Source of the DNA: Vicinamibacteria bacterium
Lineage (GTDB): Bacteria; Acidobacteriota; Vicinamibacteria; Marinacidobacterales; Marinacidobacteraceae
Direction of reading: 5' to 3'
Length of the DNA stretch: 64,000 nt
Assembly: GCA_963555995.3 (NCBI GenBank)
Contig: OY821641.1
Span: 2,720,001 to 2,784,000, forward strand
Both the position numbers and the translations under genes were made by a program. The first letter of the stretch is position 1; every line of letters begins with the position of its first letter. The notes beneath the pieces were generated by a model. The model was not told the origin of the DNA and made no database searches. It saw only the letters and a list, made by a program, of their open reading frames with translations. Shown here piece after piece: positions 1 through 9,152 of this stretch.

Positions 1-159
1 GGGGCTCTTGCGAATCTGACCGGCCATGTCGTCGTCCCAATCACGAGTCTTGTAGACCTTTAGCCCCATCCCATGCGCAATCTTCAAGACGCTCACGGGC
101 GCCGCTCTTTGGTGTCGTTCGATGACGCGCCGGCACTCTGCGGCTGTCAATTCTCGCAT
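1..159 (-). CDS. ImmA/IrrE-family metallopeptidase, N-terminal part (runs off window start; not in ORF track)
   Basis: Manual translation MRELTAAECRRVIERHQRAAPVSVLKIAHGMGLKVYKTRDWDDDMAGQIRKSP resembles the PV-x-x-IA-x-x-LGL-x-V...SG-x-I N-terminus of this family; HEXXH would lie outside the window. Confidence 0.55.
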   Translation of the reverse strand, partial: MRELTAAECRRVIERHQRAAPVSVLKIAHGMGLKVYKTRDWDDDMAGQIRKSP

Positions 160-164
160 CAGGG

Positions 165-530
165 CTACTCCTCGACCGGATCCTCGACTTCCGGTTCAAC
201 TCCGAGAGGGGGTTGCTGCGTTGTGTCCCGGAAAAAAGCTGCCGCTACCTCCTCGGCAACCTTCCGCGCCTCAGTCCGAGCCGTCTCCTGGGCACGTTCC
301 CGTATCTGGGTGTATCCCCAGATACTCAAGATGGCAATTCCGAATGTTGCCACCAGGAAAAACTGAGTGAGCAACGCGACCTGGAGCGAGACTGCGCTGA
401 TCGCATTCGGCTCCTGTGCCCCGAAGTAGTAGAAACCGTCTAGCGCGAGCCAAGCCACCAGAATCCCGCTGAAACTGACAACTACGACCGTGCCAACCCA
501 GAGCCCGACCGGCTTCCAAGAAAAATCCAT
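165..530 (-). CDS. Small two-TM hypothetical membrane protein
   Basis: 121 aa, two hydrophobic segments then a charged tail; visibly lower GC; stop lies 5 nt before the next ATG. Confidence 0.7.
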   Translation of the reverse strand: MDFSWKPVGLWVGTVVVVSFSGILVAWLALDGFYYFGAQEPNAISAVSLQVALLTQFFLVATFGIAILSIWGYTQIRERAQETARTEARKVAEEVAAAFFRDTTQQPPLGVEPEVEDPVEE

Positions 531-940
531 GCTCGGCTAAGCCCGTTGAGCGGTGTTCCGGAGGGGATTCACGACCTTCAATCCGATGTCATCAGGGACC
601 AGTCACAACTGGCGTGGGCCGAGTGCGTCCGTGCGGCCCGCGACCAGCGGTTCCCTGTCGTGGACCCGGAGCGTCCCCCGGAGGGGAAGTGCCTGAGGGG
701 CGTGGAAGCCTCACGCACCCGCTGTGGGGCGATCCTGTCCCGTTCGGCGGAGGAGAGCCTGCGGGCTCCGGAACCCCTCTCGAGACGAGCCGTCCCGAAG
801 ACTCGCATCGTCTTCTGGAACACACAGAAGGCCTCACCAACGGGACCGAATCGGTTCATGGTCCGAATGATACGCCACACATTCAATTCAACCCATTGGA
901 TCAAGGCAGGGCCGGACCGGATGCTGCTGGCCAAGTCTAG

Positions 941-1000
941 GGTTGCGACGTGCGCGGCGCGGAGCGCCGCGCGTGCCGGTCTGGAGACCGGCGGTCCCGG
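941..1000 (-). repeat. REP-like two-hairpin element
   Basis: Reverse strand GGGACCGCCGGTCTCCAGACCGGCACGCGCGGCGCTCCGCGCCGCGCACG directly after the parE stop. Confidence 0.9.
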
Positions 1001-1003
1001 GCT

Positions 1004-2917
1004 CTACAGGTCGAGGGCGGTGGGGTCGGGGGCGCCGTTGCGGATGAGGAGGCGGCGTTCGGTGGGGTCCTTGCCCATGAGGGTGGCTATGAAGTTGTCG
1101 GCGGTGGGGCGGTCGGGGATCTGGACGCGGAGGAGGCTGCGGGTCTCGGGGTTGAGGGTGGTGTCCCAGAGGACCTTGGGCTGCATCTCGCCGAGGCCCT
1201 TGAAGCGGGTGATGGTGGGGGACTTTCCGCCGGAGGCGCGGAGGATCGATTCCTTGTCGGCGTCGTCGTGGGCCCAGTGGGTCTTGCCCCCGATCTCGAC
1301 CCGGTAGAGGGGCGGCTGGGCGACGAAGACCCGGCCCGCTTCGAGGAGTTTCCACATGAACTTCACGAAGTAGGCGAGCAGCAGGGTGGTGATGTGGTGG
1401 CCGTCGGCGTCGGCGTCGGCGAGCAGCACCACCCGGCGATAGCGGAGCTTCTCCGGGTCGCAGTCGTCGCCGGTGCCGCAGCCGAGGGCGAGGGCGATGT
1501 CCCGGAGCTCCGCGTTCTGGGCGACCTTCGCCCGGCTGGCCTGCGCCGCGTTCAGGATCTTGCCCCGGAGCGGGAGCACCGCCTGGTGCATGCGGTCCCG
1601 GCCCTGCTTCGCCGACCCGCCGGCGGAGTCCCCCTCCACGATGAAGATCTCGGTTTCGGCGGCGTTGCGGAGCGCGCAGTCGCTCAGCTTGCCGGGGAGG
1701 ACGGTCTTCTTGCGGGTCTCGGCCTTCCGGGAGACCGCCGCCGAGGCGGCGCGGGACGCCTCGCGGGCGCGGGCGGCGAGCACCACCCGGTTTGCGATGC
1801 GCTCCGCCGCGGTGGGTGACTGGTTCAGCCAGCGTTCGAGTTCGAGGCGGACGGCGGCGTCCACCGGCGCCCGCACCTCCGGGTTGTTGAGCCGGTCCTT
1901 GGTCTGGCCCTGGAACTGCGGGTTCGCCAGGAACACGCTCAGGATCGCCAGGATGCCCTCGCGGATGTCCTCCGCGGCGATGCTGACTCCCTTCGGAACC
2001 AGGGAATGCGTTTCGAGGTAGTTGCGGACGGCCTTGGCGAGCCCGTCGCGGAGCCCGGTCTCGTGCGAGCCGCCGGAGCCGGTGGGAATCCCGTTCACAT
2101 AGCTCCGGAACTCCTCCCGCGGCGCTTCGGTCCAGCCGAGGACGAGTTCGAGACGGCCGTCGCCGTTCAATGGGTCCCGCGACAGCTCGAAGGGCGCTTC
2201 GTGGGCCAGGGTCAGTTTGCGCTCCCCCGCCACCGCGTCGAAGTAATCGGGCAGGCCGCGCTGCTGCTTCCAGTCCTCCTGCGCGCCGGTCGCCTCGTCG
2301 CGGAAGGTGAGCCGGAGTCCCCGGTGGAGGTAGCTGGTCTCGAGAAGCCGGCCGGCGATCCGTTTCGCGTCCAGCTTGGGGTCCGGAAAGATCTGCGGAT
2401 CGGGGAGGAAGGTGATCTCCGTGCCCGTGCCCTTGCCGGGCCCGGTGTCCTTCAGCTTTCCGGTGGGCTTGCCGCGGCGGAAGGACATCGCCGATTGGCG
2501 GCCGCGCCGGCGGACCCGCGCGGTCAGGGACGCGCTCAGCGCGTTGACCACCGAGGCCCCCACCCCGTGGAGGCCGCCCGAGGCGTGGTAGGCGCCGCGG
2601 TCGAACTTTCCCCCCGCGTGCAGCGTGGTGAGGATCACCTCCAGAGCGGGCTTCTTCGACGGCTTGTGCAGGTCCACGGGGATCCCGCGGCCGTTGTCCC
2701 TGACCGTGACCGAACCGTCCCGGTGGAGCGTCACGTCAATCCGCGAGGCATGCCCGTTCATGGCTTCGTCCACGCTGTTGTCGAGGATTTCCCAGACCAG
2801 GTGGTGCAGCCCCTCGGTGTCCGTCCCGCCGATGTACATGGCGGGGCGCTTGCGGACCGGGGCGAGGCCCTCCAGGACCGTGATGTCCCGCGCGGTGTAT
2901 CCCTGCCGGTCGCTCAC
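1004..2917 (-). CDS. parE: Type IIA topoisomerase B subunit (ParE/GyrB family, probably topo IV)
   Basis: [56 protein letters not shown]. Confidence 0.9.
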   Translation of the reverse strand: MSDRQGYTARDITVLEGLAPVRKRPAMYIGGTDTEGLHHLVWEILDNSVDEAMNGHASRIDVTLHRDGSVTVRDNGRGIPVDLHKPSKKPALEVILTTLHAGGKFDRGAYHASGGLHGVGASVVNALSASLTARVRRRGRQSAMSFRRGKPTGKLKDTGPGKGTGTEITFLPDPQIFPDPKLDAKRIAGRLLETSYLHRGLRLTFRDEATGAQEDWKQQRGLPDYFDAVAGERKLTLAHEAPFELSRDPLNGDGRLELVLGWTEAPREEFRSYVNGIPTGSGGSHETGLRDGLAKAVRNYLETHSLVPKGVSIAAEDIREGILAILSVFLANPQFQGQTKDRLNNPEVRAPVDAAVRLELERWLNQSPTAAERIANRVVLAARAREASRAASAAVSRKAETRKKTVLPGKLSDCALRNAAETEIFIVEGDSAGGSAKQGRDRMHQAVLPLRGKILNAAQASRAKVAQNAELRDIALALGCGTGDDCDPEKLRYRRVVLLADADADGHHITTLLLAYFVKFMWKLLEAGRVFVAQPPLYRVEIGGKTHWAHDDADKESILRASGGKSPTITRFKGLGEMQPKVLWDTTLNPETRSLLRVQIPDRPTADNFIATLMGKDPTERRLLIRNGAPDPTALDL

Positions 2918-5265
2918 GGCGATCCCTCCAGCGGCTCGGGCAGGGTGATCTCCTGTCTCACCCGCTCAAAGCCCGCCTTGTTGACGAGTTGCCCGCGGCG
3001 GCCGCGGGCGCCCACCTTGAACTTGTCACCCCGGGCGATCAGGCGCGTTCCCCCGCCCTTCGTCACCGCCACCAGCGGTTCCCGGCGCCGCGCGACGCGG
3101 AAGCCGATGACCTGGTCCCCGGGGCCGAGATTGATCGCCTTCACCCCCAGCCCGGCGCCCGACAGCACGTTGATCTCCTCCACGTCGCAGAGCAGCGCCC
3201 GGCCGTTGCGGGTCGCCAGGATGAGCGTGTCCTCCCCGGTGGTGAGCACCGCCCCGATGATCTCATCGCCCTCCTTCAGCCGCGCGAAACGGCGCCCGTT
3301 CCGGTTTGACGGCTGGAGGAAGCCTTCGAGACGGAACCGCAGTGCGTAGCCGCTCTTCGTGAGGCCGATGGCGTGCCGTTCGGGTACCCGGCCCTCCGGG
3401 GCGGAGACCTCGCCGTCGAGGGTCCGGGGATCGAGGCCGAGCAGGCTCACGATCCGCTCCCCGTCGCGCAGCGTGAACAGCTTCTGCACCGGGTCCCCGT
3501 ACCCGGTCGTCGCCGGCACGTCCGCCAGCCGGGCGGTGAAGGCGGTTCCCAGCGACGAGAAGAGGATGACCGAGGCGCGCGTGCTGCCGGGTTCGAGCGC
3601 CAGGACCTCGTCGCCCTCGCGAAGCCGCAGCTTGTCCAGTTCGCGGACTTCGCGCTGGCGCTTGATCCAGCCGTCGCGGGTGAGGATCAGGATGGTGTCC
3701 TCGGCGAGGATGAAGTCCTCTTCGGCGAACTCGGCGTCCCCGGCGGTGTCCGCGAACGCGGTCAGGCGCGGCTGGCTGCCGCGCCAGCGGTCCCGGATCT
3801 CGACGAGCTCGGCGCGCACCAGCGCGGTGATCTCCGCCTCGCTCTTCAGCAGTCGTTCCACCTCCCGGAGCCGTTTCCGGCGCTCCCTGCGCTCGTCGAG
3901 GATCACCTGGATCTCGAGGCGGGCCAGCCGGTACACCTTCAGTTCAAGCACGGCGTCGGTCTGTTCCTGGTCGAGCGGCAGCTCCGCCATGATCTTGCGG
4001 GCGGCGTCGGCCTTGCCGTCCGAGGCGCGCACGATCTCGATGATCCGGTCGAGGGCGTCGAAGACCCTGGCGAAGCCCTCGAGGAGGTGGAGGCGCGCCT
4101 TCAGCTTCCGCCGCTCGTCTTCGAGCCGGCGGCGGACGACCTCCCGGCGGAAGTCGAGGAAGTCGAAGAGGATGGTCCGGAGTCCGACGCGTTCGGGAAT
4201 CCCGCCCGCGGACCGGTGGAAACGCAGGCACGTCAGGTCCACGGATACCGGGGACTGGAGCGGCGTGCGCTTGTAGAGGAAGGCCAGGATCTTTTCCGGC
4301 TCGACCTCCTTCCGCACCTCCAGCCGGATCTGCACGTCGTCGGTCGAGAGGTCGCTCACGTCCAGGAGCGCCGGGAGGGAGCGGTCCGCCACGATCTCGC
4401 CGAGGCGCTGGACGAGCTGGGCCTTGTTGACCCCGTAGGGCACCGACGTGATGAAGAGCGTCCGGAGGTGGCGCCGGATCCCGTCGTCCCGGACCGTGCC
4501 GCGGACCTGGACGGACCCCTTCCCCTCCTCGTAGATCGCGGCCAGCCTCTCGGGAGGGTCCAGGATCTCGCCGCCGGTGGGGAAATCCGGTCCGCGGACC
4601 GTTTCCGCCAGTTCCCGGCTACCCACTTCCGGGTCGTCGAGCAGCCGGATGAGCGCCGAGACCACCTCGATGAGGTTGTGCGGCGGGATGCTGGTGGCGA
4701 CCCCGACCGCGATCCCGGTGGAACCGTTCACGAGCAGGAGCGGCAGCCGCGTCGGGAGCACGACGGGTTCGGTACGGGCGCCGTCGTAGGTCGGGCGGTG
4801 GTCCACGGTGTCCGCGCCGATTTCTCCCAGCACGTCTTCCGCAGCAACCGCGAGCCGGCACTCGGTGTACCGCATCGCCGCCGCCGGGTCGCCGTCGAGC
4901 GACCCGAAGTTGCCCGCCCCCTCGATCAGCGGCAGGCGGGACGCGAAGGGCTGCGCCATCCGCACCAGCGCCTCGTAGATGGCCGCGTCGCCGTGCGGAT
5001 GGTAGCCGCCCATGACATCTCCCACCACCTTGGCGCACTTGCGGAAACGGCCGTCGGCGCGGAGCCCCTGGCGCCACATGGTGGTCAGGATGCGGCGCTG
5101 GACCGGTTTCAGGCCGTCGCGGACGTCGGGAAGCGCCCGGCTGCCGATCACCGACAGCGCGTAGGTCCGGTAGCGGTCCTGGACGACCTCTCCGAGCGGG
5201 GCCGGAACGCCGTTCGTCCCGTTATCCGTCCCGAGCGGCAGGGGGCGCTGTCTCGATCGCGCCAC
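2914..5265 (-). CDS. parC: Type IIA topoisomerase A subunit (ParC/GyrA family, probably topo IV)
   Basis: [29 protein letters not shown] catalytic Tyr; no intact GyrA-box (QxRGGKG) at the start of the C-terminal domain. Confidence 0.88.
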   Translation of the reverse strand: MARSRQRPLPLGTDNGTNGVPAPLGEVVQDRYRTYALSVIGSRALPDVRDGLKPVQRRILTTMWRQGLRADGRFRKCAKVVGDVMGGYHPHGDAAIYEALVRMAQPFASRLPLIEGAGNFGSLDGDPAAAMRYTECRLAVAAEDVLGEIGADTVDHRPTYDGARTEPVVLPTRLPLLLVNGSTGIAVGVATSIPPHNLIEVVSALIRLLDDPEVGSRELAETVRGPDFPTGGEILDPPERLAAIYEEGKGSVQVRGTVRDDGIRRHLRTLFITSVPYGVNKAQLVQRLGEIVADRSLPALLDVSDLSTDDVQIRLEVRKEVEPEKILAFLYKRTPLQSPVSVDLTCLRFHRSAGGIPERVGLRTILFDFLDFRREVVRRRLEDERRKLKARLHLLEGFARVFDALDRIIEIVRASDGKADAARKIMAELPLDQEQTDAVLELKVYRLARLEIQVILDERRERRKRLREVERLLKSEAEITALVRAELVEIRDRWRGSQPRLTAFADTAGDAEFAEEDFILAEDTILILTRDGWIKRQREVRELDKLRLREGDEVLALEPGSTRASVILFSSLGTAFTARLADVPATTGYGDPVQKLFTLRDGERIVSLLGLDPRTLDGEVSAPEGRVPERHAIGLTKSGYALRFRLEGFLQPSNRNGRRFARLKEGDEIIGAVLTTGEDTLILATRNGRALLCDVEEINVLSGAGLGVKAINLGPGDQVIGFRVARRREPLVAVTKGGGTRLIARGDKFKVGARGRRGQLVNKAGFERVRQEITLPEPLEGSP

Positions 5266-5310
5266 GGGTCAATGCCCCGACAGATCGCGGGGGAGTTCGA
5301 AGGGGAGACA

Positions 5311-5691
5311 ATGGTCGCCGTGCGCAGCAGCCGGCATCAGGGTCTGGCGCTCCTCGCGCTGTCGTTGATCAGCCTGGGCGCCGCCGCCCTTCTCCGGGAC
5401 GTGGCTCCGGACGTCACCCTCTGCGGCGTCAAGGCGCTCTCCGGGCTGCCCTGCCCCTTCTGCGGCGGGGTCCGCGCCACCGCGGCGCTCGGGCGCGGAT
5501 CGCTGCTGGAAGCGTTCGCCTGGAATCCCGCGGTCACCCTGCTCCACGCCGGGATGTTCGCGAGCGGCGCCGCGCTGGTCCTGGGCCGAACGCCGGTATG
5601 GCTCACTCCGGGACGCCAGCGGTTCGTGTTCCGCGCGGTCGTCGTCATCCTGCTCGCGAACTGGTTGTACCTGATCGCGGTGGGGCGCTGA
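5311..5691 (+). CDS. DUF2752-family membrane protein
   Basis: ATG 5311 after GGGGAG; C...GLPCPFCGGVRA...AFAWNP motif; it is the tail of the spurious 3373..5691 ORF. Confidence 0.8.
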   Translation: MVAVRSSRHQGLALLALSLISLGAAALLRDVAPDVTLCGVKALSGLPCPFCGGVRATAALGRGSLLEAFAWNPAVTLLHAGMFASGAALVLGRTPVWLTPGRQRFVFRAVVVILLANWLYLIAVGR

Positions 5692-5733
5692 GAGTTCCCA
5701 CGCGGATCGGACCCGGCGCCGGACAGCCGCGGG

Positions 5734-6138
5734 TCAAGGCACGTCCTCCACATAGACCCGCACCTTGAGCCGCGTGGCGCTCCGCGAGTCGTTGGACCGG
5801 ATGGTCAGCCAGCGTTCGAGCACGCCCCGGTAGCGCCGGGTCTCGAGGGTCACCCGCAGCGTCGCCGCTTCCCCCGGCGGGATCACCGTGCGGTCGGTCA
5901 CCGCGGCGGCGCAGGCGCACGCGGACGCGATGCGGCCGATCTCCAGGTCCCGGCTCCCGGTGTTGTTCAGCGCGAACTCGTGGACCAGCACCTCCCCGGG
6001 AGCCGCCCGTCCGAAGTCCCACTCGCCGGGCTCGATCTCGAGCCGCGGCCCCCCCTGGAGGGCGTTTGCGGACGCCGCGGAAGCTCCCGCGGCGAGGATC
6101 GCGGCGATCAGGCCCGCCCCGGCAAGACATCGCTTCAA
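5734..6138 (-). CDS. DUF1573 Ig-like exported protein
   Basis: Signal peptide; WDFG...HEF-x-x-x-NTG-x-x-x-L-x-I...SACAC...IPPGE. Confidence 0.8.
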   Translation of the reverse strand: MKRCLAGAGLIAAILAAGASAASANALQGGPRLEIEPGEWDFGRAAPGEVLVHEFALNNTGSRDLEIGRIASACACAAAVTDRTVIPPGEAATLRVTLETRRYRGVLERWLTIRSNDSRSATRLKVRVYVEDVP

Positions 6139-6142
6139 CGGG

Positions 6143-6421
6143 TCAGTCCTCCTGCTCCGGGGTTTCGACCATCCTGAGAACCGCCGCCAGTCGCTCGTTC
6201 TCGTAGCGCACGACGTTCAGGAACAGGCTTTCTATCAGGTAGCTGCGGCGCTCGCCCGCATCCATCTCGTCCACCAGATGGCTGATCTCGCGGGTCATGG
6301 CCTCGTAAGTGTTGCGGAACTCGCTCCGCACCGAGACCTCCCGGTAGAGCGCCTCCAGGATCGCGAGCAGGTCGCCGTCCAGTTCGATCTCGCGACCGCC
6401 CTGCATTCGAATGGATCGCAT
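6143..6421 (-). CDS. Small helical hypothetical protein (92 aa)
   Basis: ATG 6421 overlaps the STAS stop (TGATG); MRSIRMQGGREIELDGDLLAILEALY... reads as a real protein. Confidence 0.75.
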   Translation of the reverse strand: MRSIRMQGGREIELDGDLLAILEALYREVSVRSEFRNTYEAMTREISHLVDEMDAGERRSYLIESLFLNVVRYENERLAAVLRMVETPEQED

Positions 6422-6780
6422 CACTCGTTCCCCCCGGTGCTTCCCGTGAGCGCGCGCACCGCCTCCCCCGCGGATCCGTAGATCGGAATGAACTCGTGGG
6501 CGCCCGTCATTCGGAGCATCCGCTCCACGCGTTCGAGGACCCCGGCAAGCGCGATCCGGCCCTGCTTCGCGGAGGCGCGCCGGTAGAGGTCCATGAGACA
6601 CCCGATCGCGGCGGAGTCCAGATAGTTCACCGGGGAGAGATCGAAGACCACCGCGGGCCGCTCGGCTTCGAGGTAGGGACCGACCTGATCCACGAAGGAA
6701 TCGAGGGTGGCGTAGACGAGACGTGCGACTTCGATGCGGACCACTACGGCGCCGCCGTCCGTGCGAGTGCTGACCTTCAT
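6421..6780 (-). CDS. STAS-domain anti-sigma factor antagonist
   Basis: VVFDLSPVNYLDSAAIGCL with phosphorylatable Ser; ATGA overlap with the sigma gene. Confidence 0.9.
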   Translation of the reverse strand: MKVSTRTDGGAVVVRIEVARLVYATLDSFVDQVGPYLEAERPAVVFDLSPVNYLDSAAIGCLMDLYRRASAKQGRIALAGVLERVERMLRMTGAHEFIPIYGSAGEAVRALTGSTGGNE

Positions 6781-7466
6781 GACGTGGATCTCCGCCCGGC
6801 GGTGGAACCGGGTGGCCGACCGGGACTGTCCCTGTCGGCGACGAGGAGGCGCTTCAACTCGGCGCGCCCCCGGTGGATGCGGCTCTTGACAGTGCCTTCG
6901 GGAACGCCGAGGCGCTCACCGATTTCCTCGTAGGGCAGCTCCTGGAAGAACCGGAGCTGGACCACTTCCCGGAGCTTGGGGGAAAGGCCGTCGAGCGCGC
7001 GAAGCAGGCTGGCCCGCGCCTCCCGCTGCTCCAGCAGGCGGTCCGGGCCGAGCCGCGGACTCCCCGGCGTCCGTTCGAACGGGGCCTCCTCGGGGAGGAG
7101 CCGCTGGCGCTCGCGGACCTTCGTCCGGTAGTGGTCAATGCAGTAGTTGCGGGCGACCGAGTTGAGCCACACGGCGAAGTGCGCCCGCGGATCGAAACGG
7201 TCCAGTTGCCGGTAGACCCGGACGATGATCTCGTGGGTGAGCTCCTCGGCTTCCTGGTACTGGCCCGTGAAGCGATACGCGAGGGAGAAGAGCCTCCGGC
7301 GGTGCCGGCCGATGAGGTCCGCCCACGCGGTGTCGGGGTCCAGTTCACCGGCCCGCAGCGCCCGGATGGTCTCGATGTCCTGTGAGTTGCGAACGTCATC
7401 CGCTTCGCGTCCATCGCGGGCGACGGCAGGGGCTGGCGGCGCGGCGTTCGTGGCGAACTCGGTCAG
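6777..7466 (-). CDS. ECF RNA polymerase sigma factor (start uncertain, probably CTG 7466)
   Basis: Region 2 AWADLIGRHRRRLFSLAYRFTG...AEELTHEIIVRVY...WLNSVARNYCID; region 4 LPYEEIGERLGVPEGTVKSRIHRGR; frame open to 7472 with no ATG/GTG/TTG above 7172. Confidence 0.85.
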   Translation of the reverse strand: MTEFATNAAPPAPAVARDGREADDVRNSQDIETIRALRAGELDPDTAWADLIGRHRRRLFSLAYRFTGQYQEAEELTHEIIVRVYRQLDRFDPRAHFAVWLNSVARNYCIDHYRTKVRERQRLLPEEAPFERTPGSPRLGPDRLLEQREARASLLRALDGLSPKLREVVQLRFFQELPYEEIGERLGVPEGTVKSRIHRGRAELKRLLVADRDSPGRPPGSTAGRRSTS

Positions 7467-7480
7467 GACAGGCTAAGAAC

Positions 7481-8302
7481 CTAGGTTTCGGGAACCTCGG
7501 GGCGTCCCGCCGCCACCCAGGCGGTGTACCAGAGGCTCGCGGTGTCGCGCGCCGCATCGGTCATCAACGCCCCGGTCAACCCACCAAGTTCGTTCCACAT
7601 GCCGTCCATGTAGAAGCGGTCGTAGCCGGCGACGCCGCGGCGCGACATGGAGTCGGTGAAGTTGATGTTGTCCACCCAGATGTGCGCCTTGAGCGGCAGG
7701 GACCGGATGAACTCGTGCGGCCGGTCGAGATACACGGCCGCCGAATCGCGCACCCGCAGCTCGTCGGCGAAGATCTCGATGAGCTGGGTGTCGTAGCGGC
7801 GGGCCAGACCGTCCTGCTGGGTCGCCTGTCCGTCGCCCGCCGCCGACGTGTTGGGCGGCGCCCCGACTTCGCCGACCAGCCACGCAACGTCGCTGGCGCG
7901 CTCCAGCACGAGCTCGAAGTCGGCCTCCTCGAACGCCTCCACCAGCGCGTCGTACGCCTCGAGGAGCCGCCAGAGACCGTCCCCGTTCTCGGAGATCTCT
8001 TCCTCGGAGAAGCGCCGCAGCGCCAACTCCCGGGTGGCCGGCACGTCCCAGAACGGGAACTCGTCGTACCGCTCCAGATAGAAGTGCGCCGTGTTCCGGC
8101 TGCGCGCCGGGTCGTCGAGCAACTCGTAGAAGGTGTCCTCGCGGTCCTCGAAGAAGTCCTTCAGCGGATCGCGGAGGGAATCAATCGCCTTCTCGGCGAT
8201 CTCCCGGTGGCCTTCCGGCCCCCAGGAGCGCGCGGGAGCGGTCGCGAGGGCCAGGCAGGCAAGAGCCGTGAGGGCAAAGACCCGGCGCCGCGTGGTTTCC
8301 AT
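7481..8302 (-). CDS. Exported S1/P1 nuclease / Zn-phospholipase C-fold protein with degenerate active site
   Basis: Signal peptide then WGPEGHREIAEKAID; DGQATQQDGL motif. Confidence 0.75.
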   Translation of the reverse strand: METTRRRVFALTALACLALATAPARSWGPEGHREIAEKAIDSLRDPLKDFFEDREDTFYELLDDPARSRNTAHFYLERYDEFPFWDVPATRELALRRFSEEEISENGDGLWRLLEAYDALVEAFEEADFELVLERASDVAWLVGEVGAPPNTSAAGDGQATQQDGLARRYDTQLIEIFADELRVRDSAAVYLDRPHEFIRSLPLKAHIWVDNINFTDSMSRRGVAGYDRFYMDGMWNELGGLTGALMTDAARDTASLWYTAWVAAGRPEVPET

Positions 8303-8342
8303 AGCAGTGAGGGCGACAGTCCCGTGGACGGCCGGGCGAATT

Positions 8343-9140
8343 CTAGCGAGGGGCGCGGGCCACGGTCAGGACGTCCACGGGCCCGGCGCCCGCCCGGATC
8401 AGGGCCCGGACCGCCGCCTCGACGGTGCTTCCCGTGGTGAACACATCGTCCACCAGCAGGAGGGGCCGGCCGACGAGCCGTTCGGGCAACCGACCCGCCC
8501 GGAACGCTCCTCGGACGTTGCGGCGGCGGGCGCTCGGGCTCACCAGCGTCTGCGGCGGCCGGGACCGCCGCCGCAGCACGCCGCGCACCAGCGGAATCCC
8601 GAACTCCCGGGCGACCGGCCGGGCCAGCAGCTCGGCCTGGTTGAAACCCCGGCGCCTTCCCCGCCAGAACGGGACGGGAACCGCGACGACCGCGGCCGGG
8701 AACGCGCCCGCGGCGCCGGCGCCTTCGTCCCGGGACGCACGGCGGAAGGCCGAGACGGCGGGCCTCGCCAGGAGCTCGGCGAGCACCTCCCGCCGCCGGA
8801 ACTTGAGCTCCAGCAGGGCGCGCCGGAACGCGCCCTCGTACGGCGCGGCGGCCACCGCCATCCGGAAGGGCCGCCGGCGCGCCCGGCATTCGCCGCAACG
8901 GCCCGGCGCCGCGGAGGGCGCCAGAAACAGGCCGCACCCGGGACACGCGGGAACGGCAAGCGGGCGGAGGCCGTCCGTGCATTCCGGACACACGGGGCTG
9001 AGCAGAGGATCGTCGAGCGCCCGCTCGCACAGACAACAACCCTGCGGGAAGACGAGTTGCCCGACAGATCGCCTCCAGCGTACGGCGAAGCGGTCCCGCG
9101 CAGGAGCGGACGGGCGTCTCGCCGGGGCCCTGGTGTTCAG
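8343..9140 (-). CDS. comF: ComF-family protein (zinc ribbons plus phosphoribosyltransferase domain), probable CTG start
   Basis: LVFPQGCCLCE...VCPEC...CPGCG...CGEC; RGFNQAELLA; LLVDDVFTTGST; GGAGG 5 nt before CTG 9140. Confidence 0.85.
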   Translation of the reverse strand: MNTRAPARRPSAPARDRFAVRWRRSVGQLVFPQGCCLCERALDDPLLSPVCPECTDGLRPLAVPACPGCGLFLAPSAAPGRCGECRARRRPFRMAVAAAPYEGAFRRALLELKFRRREVLAELLARPAVSAFRRASRDEGAGAAGAFPAAVVAVPVPFWRGRRRGFNQAELLARPVAREFGIPLVRGVLRRRSRPPQTLVSPSARRRNVRGAFRAGRLPERLVGRPLLLVDDVFTTGSTVEAAVRALIRAGAGPVDVLTVARAPR

Positions 9141-9152
9141 GACGCCCTCCGC

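Noticed and set aside
745-775. RNase P RNA-like GGAGGAGAG...GGGCTCC
   Set aside because: Only a loose match to GAGGAAAGTCC; the conserved 3' motif was not found
3373-5310. Long antisense and alternate-frame ORFs (e.g. 3373..5691, 8133..10511, 30234..32273, 43341..45932)
   Set aside because: Shadows of real genes caused by high-GC codon bias; no recognisable motifs
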